NCBI GenBank assembly: GCA_013152165.1
Contig: JAADGY010000061.1
Coordinates: forward strand, 1 to 24,528
DNA from: a bacterium
Lineage (GTDB): Bacteria; Patescibacteriota; Microgenomatia; JAADGY01
Direction: 5' to 3'
DNA: 24,528 nt
Positions within the stretch are counted from its first letter, which is position 1, and each line of letters begins with the position of its first letter. Positions 1 through 7,183 of this stretch are shown in pieces. A program made the position numbers and the translations under genes. The notes below the pieces were generated by a model. The model saw only the letters and a list, made by a program, of their open reading frames with translations. It was not told the origin of the DNA and made no database searches.

Positions 1-30
1 TAAATTCTAAATAACAAATACTAAACTTTT

Positions 31-299
31 CACCTGCGGTGGGGGAGAAATTGGGAGAGAGGTAAAAGCAGGTTTTCATCCTCGGACGGTTGATATTTCC
101 TAACAATCCTCGGGTGTAACCCGAGGTTTGTTAGGTATATCATCCTCAGAGGTTGGAAACCAGGAGAGTGAAAAATCCAACCCGATAACCGTTCCCGGAA
201 CGTGATGAAGAAAACTCAAATCTCAACACTCAAATGTCAAATCTTAAACTATCCAATTCCGGGAACGAAAGGAGGGAGTAATCTTTTCAGATCTTCGAT
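31..299. repeat. Composite intergenic repeat, copy A (CCACC-hairpin module + CGTTCCCGGAACG module with AT-rich heptamer core)
   Basis: cacctgcggtgg(g/c)ggagaaattg, gagagtgaaaaa..aaccgttcccggaacg and tccgggaacgaaaggagggagtaat recur in the same order at 24382-24528; partial copy at 19568-19637. Confidence 0.85.
99..135. repeat. REP-like imperfect inverted repeat
   Basis: CCTAACAA-T-CCTCGGGT / GTA / ACCCGAGG-T-TTGTTAGG; arms resemble the 28-nt unit at 480-536. Confidence 0.8.
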
Positions 300-331
300 C
301 CCGGATCGGCATGTATGACGATCCGGGATCG
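296..331. repeat. 13-bp perfect inverted repeat whose arms are themselves palindromic
   Basis: CGATCCCGGATCG (296-308), 10-nt spacer, CGATCCGGGATCG (319-331). Confidence 0.85.
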
Positions 332-370
332 TTAGTGGGAGGGCATGAAAAAAACGTTTTAGCATGTTAA

Positions 371-398
371 CACTATCACACTCTAGAGTGTGATAGTG
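371..398. repeat. 28-bp perfect palindrome with no spacer
   Basis: CACTATCACACTCT|AGAGTGTGATAGTG is its own reverse complement. Confidence 0.9.
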
Positions 399-479
399 CC
401 ATCTTTGTTGGTTTTTTGTTTATTGGGGAAGATAAATCTTTTTTTAACCTACCCCTTTTCCCTTGTTTTTTTAACCTTT

Positions 480-536
480 CCGAGGTTGTATAGGAATAAT
501 CAACCTCGGAGGTTGATTATTCCTATACAACCTCGG
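480..536. repeat. 57-bp palindrome (two 28-bp perfect arms, 1-nt centre)
   Basis: CCGAGGTTGTATAGGAATAATCAACCTC (480-507), G, GAGGTTGATTATTCCTATACAACCTCGG (509-536). Confidence 0.9.
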
Positions 537-626
537 GAGTTTGGGGGGTGGAAAGAGCGGGGAGGGGTTTGGTTTGTGTGTGGTTAGCTTGTGGGGCGAG
601 GGGTTTAGGTTTGTTTTTTTTGGTTT

Positions 627-1322
627 TTAGCTTATTTTGGCTAAGGCGCTGCGGGCGGCGGCTTCCTGGGCGGCTTTTTTATTTTTGCCCTGCCCTATTC
701 CTAAAAGCCTGTCGCCCAGATAAACACCGACGGTAAAATGGTCGGCAGCTTCCTGGTCTTTTTTCTCTTCAATGACTTTGTAGACAGGCGCCTGCTTAAA
801 TTTTTCTTGGAGAAGTTCTTGAAGCAGGGTTTTGGCCGATTTGATGCTGTCAAGATCAGGCAGGTTGGAAAAATCAGCCAGTAGGTGTTTGTGGATGAAA
901 TCAGAGACGGTTTTTAGGCCTTGGTCTAGGTAAATAGCTCCGATGATGGCCTCAAATAAATCAGCCAGCAGGTTGGGGTTGTCCCGGCCGCCGCCTGATT
1001 CTTCGCCCCGGCTAAGTAAAAGGAAGGAGCCAAGGTTAAGCTGTTTGGCTTTTTGGCTTAAGGTTTTGGTGCAGACGATTTTGGATCTTAGGGTGGTTAG
1101 GTTGCCTTCCGGCTGGTCCTTGAAAGTTTTGTAGAGATAATCAGAAACTACAAACTCTAAGATGGCGTCTCCTAAAAACTCCATGCGTTCGTTGGAGCTG
1201 ATGTTTTTGTTGGCTTCGTTTATGAAAGAGCGGTGAGTAAGGGCGGTGAGTAAAAGGTTTTGGTTGCGGAAATGAATGCCAAGGATTTTTTCCAGCTGGT
1301 CAAGATTTGGTTTTTGTTTCAT
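627..1322 (-). CDS. rnc: Ribonuclease III
   Basis: RNase III signature SNERMEFLGDAILE, ADLFEAIIGAIYLDQG, C-terminal dsRBD beginning KTLLQE. Confidence 0.97.
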   Translation of the reverse strand: MKQKPNLDQLEKILGIHFRNQNLLLTALTHRSFINEANKNISSNERMEFLGDAILEFVVSDYLYKTFKDQPEGNLTTLRSKIVCTKTLSQKAKQLNLGSFLLLSRGEESGGGRDNPNLLADLFEAIIGAIYLDQGLKTVSDFIHKHLLADFSNLPDLDSIKSAKTLLQELLQEKFKQAPVYKVIEEKKDQEAADHFTVGVYLGDRLLGIGQGKNKKAAQEAAARSALAKIS

Positions 1323-1698
1323 GAGGAACTGTAATTAATTTTAACTTTTCTTGGCTGACTATCTGGCCTAAGACGCCGTTTATGAAAGCGTGGGATCGGT
1401 CGCTGCCGTATTGTTTGGCGATTTCTACGGCTTCGTCGATGATGACTTTGTAGGGAGCGTGTTGAGTTAAGAGCTCATAGACAGCCAGGCGCAAAATAGC
1501 CAGATCAACTTTATTAATTTTATCCAAAGGCCACTCTGGGGCGTGTTTGGTAATCATCTTATCGATTGTGGTAAAAGATTTGATGATCGGCAGGATGGGC
1601 TGGCTGATTTCCGGGTTGTCTGGCTGGAATGAGTATTGGTATAAAAGCTTGAACATATTCAAGCGCCAGCGATGACGGGGGTCATGTGGAGTCTTCAT
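1300..1698 (-). CDS. nusB: Transcription antitermination factor NusB
   Basis: EWPLDKINKVDLAILRLAVYEL and VIIDEAVEIAKQYG..FINGVLG; start moved to ATG 1698 because the longer ORF overlaps rpmF. Confidence 0.93.
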   Translation of the reverse strand: MKTPHDPRHRWRLNMFKLLYQYSFQPDNPEISQPILPIIKSFTTIDKMITKHAPEWPLDKINKVDLAILRLAVYELLTQHAPYKVIIDEAVEIAKQYGSDRSHAFINGVLGQIVSQEKLKLITVPHETKTKS

Positions 1699-1703
1699 TA
1701 AAG

Positions 1704-1853
1704 TTAGCGGCCGCAAGTGGGACAAGCTTGATGGGTGTGTTTTGGAGATTTGCAGTGTGAGCAGCGAGCGGTTGGCGGCAAGCTGATTTTTAGGGCGGCG
1801 CGGCGCTTACCCTTGCGGCTGGTAGAGTGTTTGCGTTTTGGTACTGGAGGCAT
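1704..1853 (-). CDS. rpmF: 50S ribosomal protein L32 (zinc-ribbon form), 49 aa, not in ORF track
   Basis: Manual translation MPPVPKRKHSTSRKGKRRAALKISLPPTARCSHCKSPKHTHQACPTCGR*: PKRKxS..RR motif and two CxxC pairs; typical position upstream of rnc. Confidence 0.95.
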   Translation of the reverse strand: MPPVPKRKHSTSRKGKRRAALKISLPPTARCSHCKSPKHTHQACPTCGR

Positions 1854-1900
1854 ACAATGTAGCTTTTAATTTGAAATTTTTAATTTGACTAATTAATTCT

Positions 1901-3946
1901 TTAGGTAAAAGAGATGTCTTTAATTTTAACCTGGTTTAGGTAATCTTGCAAGTTGGGATAAGAAGATAGTTGTGGAGCGATTTTTTGAGCATAAAGCTTG
2001 GCTTGGTGGGTAAGTTTGATGTCGTTTAGCAGGGGAAAAAGCTCTTTAGGAAATCCATGTTGAGCCAAGCCGAAAATTTGGCCGGGGCCGCGCAGTTTCA
2101 AATCCCATTCGGCCAGTTGATGACCGGAGTGAATGCGGGTTAAAAGCTTTAAGCGTTTGTAGATACTGGAAGTAAATTTAGTAGGGGCCAGAAGACAGTA
2201 TGATTTTTGGCCCAACCGCCCTACCCGGCCCCGCAGTTGGTGGAGTTGAGCTAGGCCGAAGCGTTCAGCTCCTTCTATTAAAATTATGTTGGCCTGGGGG
2301 ATATCGATGCCGACCTCGATAACAGAAGTACTGATTAAGATTTTAACTTGGCCGGTTTTAAACTGATTGATTATTTGTTCTTTTTCTTTTGGCTTAAGCC
2401 GGCCGTGCAGGAGGCCGAAGTTGGAAAAGGCGGGAAATTTTAAAGTTAGTTGGCGGTAAAGCGAGGTGACGGCCTTGATGTCTTTCATGGTTTCGTGAGC
2501 TGAGTCTTCTATCAGGGGGGTGACGATGAAGGCTCGGCAGTCAAATTGATTGACTTGGTCGATTATCCATTGATAGGCTTTGGCCAAGTGTTCGGGCCTT
2601 AGCAGGTGGGTGGTGGTGTTTTTGATTTGGTCGGGCAAAGGTTCCAGGTAGGAAACATCTAAGTGGCCGAAAAGGGTGAGAACCAGGGTCCGCGGGATAG
2701 GGGTGGCTGACATAGTTAGAACATGCGGAGTAGGATCGGTGTCGATTGACTTGGTGCGCTGTCTAACGCCGAAGCGGTGTTGTTCATCGATGATAACCAG
2801 GCCGACTGTTTTTGGCTGGGACCTAAACAAAAGAGCATGGGTGCCGATGAGGATGTGCCAGTCATCACCCTTTTTCTTGTTGGATTGAGTGTGCAGGCTG
2901 ATGTTTATATCAGATGGCAGGTAGGAGGTGAATTTTTGGTAGGTTTGTTGAGCTAAGACCTCGGTTGGGGTCATAAGGATGGTTTGGTAGCCGGCTAGGT
3001 GGGCGGCGCAAGCGGCCCCGGCGGCGACCAGGGTTTTGCCGGAGCCAACGTCCCCCAGAAGGAGCCTGTTCATAGGTTTTTTAGCCTGCATGCTGGTGAG
3101 AATGGTGGTTAGGTTGTCTTTCTGCGAGGGGGAGAGGGTTAGGCGGCTTGATTTTTGTATTAAGCTTGGCAGTTTGGCGGCGATGCCGGCTGTTAAAGAA
3201 AAGATCGGCCGTTTTTGGCGCCATTGGGCCTGCTTGACGGCGGTGTTTATCTGGTAGACAAGTAAGGTTTCAAACAAAAATCTTTGTTTGGCTTGTTGAG
3301 CTTGGGCGGTTGATGTCGGGGCGTGGAGGTGGAAGAAAGCTTGGGGGTAGGAGGGGTATTTTTGGGCAGTGAGGATAAAGGCCGGCAGAAACTCCGGCGG
3401 CAGTAAAGAGGCGAATTTAGTTAAGTAAAAATTAATGACTCGGCGGATTTGCTTGTTGGTCAGACCCTTGGTTTCAGGGTATATGGGTACGATTTTGAGC
3501 GAGTGGATTAAAGGTTTGCCGTTTTGGATGATTTCATAACCAGCGGCCTCCAGCCGAAAGCCGCTTATGTCTTTGTCGATTTTGCCCCAAAAAACCGCCT
3601 GACTGCCGGGCTTAAGGGTTTTTATAAGATATGGCTGGTTGTAAAAAACAACTTGGACAGGCAGGTTTTGATAAATGATGTGAAGTATTTGCAAAGACAA
3701 GCCCCTTCGGCTGCGGATGGTTTGGGTTGATTGGACGGCTCCTTTGATGGCGACTTTAGTTTGGGGTTGAAGGCGGCTGGGCGGGGTTAGGCGGCGGTCT
3801 TCCCAGCGATTGGGCAAAAGATAAAAGAGGTCCTTAAGGGTGTTTACACCCAGTTTATTAAAGCGCTTGGCTAGAGCCGGCCCGATAAGGTATAAATCTT
3901 TAACAGGGGTATCAAGAGAAGGCTGGGATGGGTTTTTAGAAGCCAT
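1901..3946 (-). CDS. recG: ATP-dependent DNA helicase RecG
   Basis: N-terminal wedge/OB region, Walker A GDVGSGKT, DEQH, SATPIPRT, QLHQLRGRVGR, DLKLRGPG. Confidence 0.96.
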   Translation of the reverse strand: MASKNPSQPSLDTPVKDLYLIGPALAKRFNKLGVNTLKDLFYLLPNRWEDRRLTPPSRLQPQTKVAIKGAVQSTQTIRSRRGLSLQILHIIYQNLPVQVVFYNQPYLIKTLKPGSQAVFWGKIDKDISGFRLEAAGYEIIQNGKPLIHSLKIVPIYPETKGLTNKQIRRVINFYLTKFASLLPPEFLPAFILTAQKYPSYPQAFFHLHAPTSTAQAQQAKQRFLFETLLVYQINTAVKQAQWRQKRPIFSLTAGIAAKLPSLIQKSSRLTLSPSQKDNLTTILTSMQAKKPMNRLLLGDVGSGKTLVAAGAACAAHLAGYQTILMTPTEVLAQQTYQKFTSYLPSDINISLHTQSNKKKGDDWHILIGTHALLFRSQPKTVGLVIIDEQHRFGVRQRTKSIDTDPTPHVLTMSATPIPRTLVLTLFGHLDVSYLEPLPDQIKNTTTHLLRPEHLAKAYQWIIDQVNQFDCRAFIVTPLIEDSAHETMKDIKAVTSLYRQLTLKFPAFSNFGLLHGRLKPKEKEQIINQFKTGQVKILISTSVIEVGIDIPQANIILIEGAERFGLAQLHQLRGRVGRLGQKSYCLLAPTKFTSSIYKRLKLLTRIHSGHQLAEWDLKLRGPGQIFGLAQHGFPKELFPLLNDIKLTHQAKLYAQKIAPQLSSYPNLQDYLNQVKIKDISFT

Positions 3947-4052
3947 TTAAAAAGGGGACGATCGAGGCTATTACTAATGAAAGGATCATGAGGATAGCGG
4001 TTAAAAGGACGAAGGTTTTGATGATGGCTTTTCTTTTGATTTTAAGCTTCAT
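3936..4052 (-). CDS. Small single-pass membrane protein, 38 aa, not in ORF track
   Basis: MKLKIKRKAIIKTFVLLTAILMILSLVIASIVPFLNGF*: basic N-terminus plus hydrophobic helix; start overlaps the tyrS stop and stop overlaps the recG start. Confidence 0.7.
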   Translation of the reverse strand: MKLKIKRKAIIKTFVLLTAILMILSLVIASIVPFLNGF

Positions 4053-5262
4053 GGGTGGTTTTGATTTGGAAAAAAAGCAGTTTGCCAAGCCGGACGACGA
4101 TCGGAGCGGCAGTTTTGTCCAAGGTAATGACTTGGTTGGGGTTGGTAACCGGTTGCTGATTTATTTTAACAGCTTTTTGGCTTATCAGGTTTTTAATCTG
4201 GCGGGAGGATAAATTGGATGGCAGTTTTTTGAGCAGGTTGATAAGGCTGTATCGGCCGGGGGGCAGTTTAACAACGGTTAGGTTTTGGGGCAGTTGGTTT
4301 TTTTGGAAGACTTGTTCGAACTCCAGCTGGGCCCTTTCAGCTTCGTCTTGGCCATGCAGCCAAGCAGTGAGGTCAAAGGCTAAGCGTTTTTTGGCTTCCA
4401 TGGGGTTTAGCCGGCCGGATTTGATGTCGCTGTCAAGTTGATCGAGTTGGGATTGGGGCAGGTTAGTTAAAAGCTCGAACCAGCTAATGATTAGTTCATC
4501 GTTAAGGCGCATGGTTTTGCCGTAAACGTCCTTTGGTGAATCGGTTAGGGAGATGTAGTTTTGGCAAGTTTTGCTCATTTTACGGCCGTCCAAACCAAGA
4601 AGCAGGGGTATGGTAAGGACGTATTTTTGTTTGTTTTTGAGTTTTTTCATAAGAGTTCGGCCGGCCAGCATATTAAAGGTTTGGTCGGTGCCGCCGATTT
4701 CTAGGTCAACATCCATAGCTACCGAGTCATAGCCTTGCATTAAAGGATAGAAGAATTCATGAAGGTGAATCGGCTTGTTGGCTTTGAGGCGCTGTTGGAA
4801 CATGTCCCTTTCTATCATCTGCTGAACGGTGAAATGACTGGCCAGTTTAACGACGTCTTCGAAGTTTAGTTTAGCCAGCCAAGTGTGGTTGTATTTGATT
4901 TTGACTTTAGAAAAATCAAGGATTTTGCCGGCTTGGCGTTTGTAGTCGGCCATGTTTTGTTTGATTTGATCGAAGGTTAGCGGCTGTCTGGCTTGGTCTT
5001 TGCCGGTCGGATCGCCGATCATGCCGGTAAAGGTGCCCAAAAGAAGGATGACTTCATGGCCTAGGTCGGCGAATTGTTGGAGTTTGCGCAAGGCTAGGCT
5101 GTGGCCTAGGTGGAGTTCGAAACCGGTTGGATCAACGCCTAGATAAAGCCGGATTTTTTTACCGGAGGCAAGCAGTTTTTTTAGTTCTTCTTTTGAAGGC
5201 AGAACTTCGGCCACGCCTCTGTTTAGGACTTGATCGATGGTTTTTTCATCGGTGGCAACCAT
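4042..5262 (-). CDS. tyrS: Tyrosine--tRNA ligase
   Basis: YLGVDPTGFELHLGH (HIGH), QGYDSVAM..GGTDQTFN, KMSKT, C-terminal S4-like domain. Confidence 0.97.
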   Translation of the reverse strand: MVATDEKTIDQVLNRGVAEVLPSKEELKKLLASGKKIRLYLGVDPTGFELHLGHSLALRKLQQFADLGHEVILLLGTFTGMIGDPTGKDQARQPLTFDQIKQNMADYKRQAGKILDFSKVKIKYNHTWLAKLNFEDVVKLASHFTVQQMIERDMFQQRLKANKPIHLHEFFYPLMQGYDSVAMDVDLEIGGTDQTFNMLAGRTLMKKLKNKQKYVLTIPLLLGLDGRKMSKTCQNYISLTDSPKDVYGKTMRLNDELIISWFELLTNLPQSQLDQLDSDIKSGRLNPMEAKKRLAFDLTAWLHGQDEAERAQLEFEQVFQKNQLPQNLTVVKLPPGRYSLINLLKKLPSNLSSRQIKNLISQKAVKINQQPVTNPNQVITLDKTAAPIVVRLGKLLFFQIKTTHEA

Positions 5263-5268
5263 AGAGTT

Positions 5269-5297
5269 ATTATAAAGCCAAAGCTGCCAATAGACAA
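5269..5297 (-). promoter_or_regulatory. Sigma70-type promoter of tyrS, leaderless geometry
   Basis: TTGTCT (5297-5292), 17 nt, TATAAT (5274-5269), 6 nt, ATG. Confidence 0.65.
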
Positions 5298-5365
5298 TCC
5301 TTAGTGCCTTTTTATAAGCAAGTGTTTTATAGGCGAAGTAAGCTGGTTTGATAGAATAAATGGTT

Positions 5366-6736
5366 ATGAGAGAGCAAAAAACAGTGTCGATTATTGGGTT
5401 TGGGCGGTTTGGGCAAACGCTTTATCGTTTGATTAAGGATGATTTTGAGGAGATTATTGTCTACCGGCGCAGTGGGATAAGAAAAAGAGAGTTTAGTTTG
5501 GGCTCCCATGTCAAAGTAGCCAGGGATGTTAAAGAGGTGTTTAAGAGCAGGTTTGAGGGCGGGTTCCATACGCTGTTTTACTGCACGCCGATTTCAACTT
5601 TCGGCCAGGTGATTAAAGAGCATATGAAGTATTTTGATGACAGGCATGTCATTATGGACGTGTTGTCGGTGAAAAAATGGCCTGAGGAGGTGTTGAGCAA
5701 GCATTTAAAGGATGGCCGAGTTCAAGCCATATTAAACCATCCGATGTTTGGGCCGGACAGCAGCAAGGATGGTTTTAGAGGCTTGCCGTGGGTGATGGAC
5801 AGGTTTAGGTCTAAAGATCAAGCGTATCGATTTTGGAAAAGTTATTTTGAGTCGAAAGGTTTGCGGGTGGTGGAGCTGACGGCCAAGGAGCATGATCGTT
5901 TAGCGGCTTTTTCACAGGGGGTGGCCCATTTTGTTGGGCGGTTATTAGCTGAGTTTGGAATGGAGCCGACGGTGATTGACACGGTGGGAGCCCGAAAATT
6001 AAGGGAGGTGATGGAACAAACGGTGAACGACAGCTGGCAGTTGTTTCTAGATTTGCAGAGATTTAACCCTTATACCAAGCAGATGCGGATTAAGTTGGGA
6101 GAAGCGTACGATAAACTGTTTCATCAGTTGCTGCCTGAGCAAGTTAAGCCGGGAGAGGTTGTGTTTGGGATTCAAGGCGGTCGGGGAAGCTTTAACGAGG
6201 AGGCCTTGATGGATTATATCCGGCGGCATGGAGTTGGCAGCTGGGGCGTGAAGTATTTGTACACAACTGAAAGAGTCTTGAAGGCTTTATGGGAGGGAGA
6301 GGTGGATTACGGCTTGTTTGCGATCCAGAACGCCAACGGCGGGGTGGTGGAAGAGTCGATAACAGCGATGGCCAAATACAAGTTTCGGATAAAGGAAAGA
6401 TTTGGAATTCAGATTAGGCATTTTTTAATGAAAAGGCCGGAGGTGGAGGCAAGCAAAATAAAAGCGGTTATGGCCCATCCCCAGGTTTTTAAGCAGTGCC
6501 GGAAAAACTTAAGTTTGAAATATCCGCGATTAAAGCAGATTGCAGGCAGGGGGGAGTTAATTGATACAGCCAAGGCCGCGGAGGCTTTGGCGGGGGGCAA
6601 GATCGATGCAGATACCGCCATTTTGGGGCCAAAAGTTTTAAGCGATTTGTATGATTTAGGGATAATTGAGGGAAATTTACAAGATAGTGATGATAATGTA
6701 ACTGATTTTTTGATGGTAGAGCGCTTGTTTAGGTAA
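5366..6736 (+). CDS. TyrA-family (prephenate/arogenate) dehydrogenase fused to a prephenate/arogenate dehydratase catalytic domain without ACT
   Basis: N-domain IIGFGRFG, NHPMFGP, EHDRLAAFSQ; C-domain GIQGGRGSFNEEA, IQNANGGVV, HPQVFKQC, NVTDF. Start 5366 preferred (8 nt after TAGAAT); 5360 is the alternative. Confidence 0.85.
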   Translation: MREQKTVSIIGFGRFGQTLYRLIKDDFEEIIVYRRSGIRKREFSLGSHVKVARDVKEVFKSRFEGGFHTLFYCTPISTFGQVIKEHMKYFDDRHVIMDVLSVKKWPEEVLSKHLKDGRVQAILNHPMFGPDSSKDGFRGLPWVMDRFRSKDQAYRFWKSYFESKGLRVVELTAKEHDRLAAFSQGVAHFVGRLLAEFGMEPTVIDTVGARKLREVMEQTVNDSWQLFLDLQRFNPYTKQMRIKLGEAYDKLFHQLLPEQVKPGEVVFGIQGGRGSFNEEALMDYIRRHGVGSWGVKYLYTTERVLKALWEGEVDYGLFAIQNANGGVVEESITAMAKYKFRIKERFGIQIRHFLMKRPEVEASKIKAVMAHPQVFKQCRKNLSLKYPRLKQIAGRGELIDTAKAAEALAGGKIDADTAILGPKVLSDLYDLGIIEGNLQDSDDNVTDFLMVERLFR

Positions 6737-7081
6737 TTAAACTTGGCCTCGGACAATATGGTGGAGGGTAATGCTTTTAGGTTTGAATATTTGTTTAAGG
6801 CGATTGAAGATGGGTTTAATGTCAAAGTTGGGAGTGCAGGTGTAGATGTCAAAGGAGATAAAGTTGTGCTCTGGCCAAGTATGAACGGCGAAATGAGACT
6901 CCTTTAGGATGGCCACGATTGATTCACCATGAGGAGCGAAGCGGCAGCCGGTCATTTTAATAATCGTCAATCCTTCTGCGTGGCAGGTTTGTTTGATGAT
7001 TTGCCGAAGCCGGCGGTAGGTTAGGTTGTGCTTAATTTGATAGAAGTCTAGGGTGAAGAGCTGGCCAAGTTGTTTTTTCAT
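6737..7081 (-). CDS. speD: Pyruvoyl-dependent S-adenosylmethionine decarboxylase proenzyme family (class 1b)
   Basis: Self-cleavage motif E|SH followed by HTWPE and DIYTC; 114 aa; substrate not certain. Confidence 0.85.
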   Translation of the reverse strand: MKKQLGQLFTLDFYQIKHNLTYRRLRQIIKQTCHAEGLTIIKMTGCRFAPHGESIVAILKESHFAVHTWPEHNFISFDIYTCTPNFDIKPIFNRLKQIFKPKSITLHHIVRGQV

Positions 7082-7147
7082 AGCGGGCAGATACAGGTGA
7101 AAGTTAGTAATGATGATAGCTGTGATAATTATATCAAGACAGCTGAT

Positions 7148-7177
7148 TTGACAAAAGCGGTGGAGTTGATATAGATT
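7148..7177 (+). promoter_or_regulatory. Sigma70-type promoter of the 7184 ORF
   Basis: TTGACA (7148-7153), 18 nt, TAGATT (7172-7177), 6 nt, ATG. Confidence 0.55.
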
Positions 7178-7183
7178 TAAAAC

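Noticed and set aside
190-202. CGTTCCCGGAACG as a parS or Noc-binding site
   Set aside because: Odd 13-bp symmetry; half-site spacing does not fit the 16-bp even palindromes of parS/NBS
1-600. CRISPR array
   Set aside because: No regularly spaced identical repeats with unique spacers; no cas genes
390-736. ORFs 390-587 and 548-736 (+)
   Set aside because: They run through palindromes and low-complexity G/T tracts, one overlaps rnc antisense, and neither has a recognisable motif
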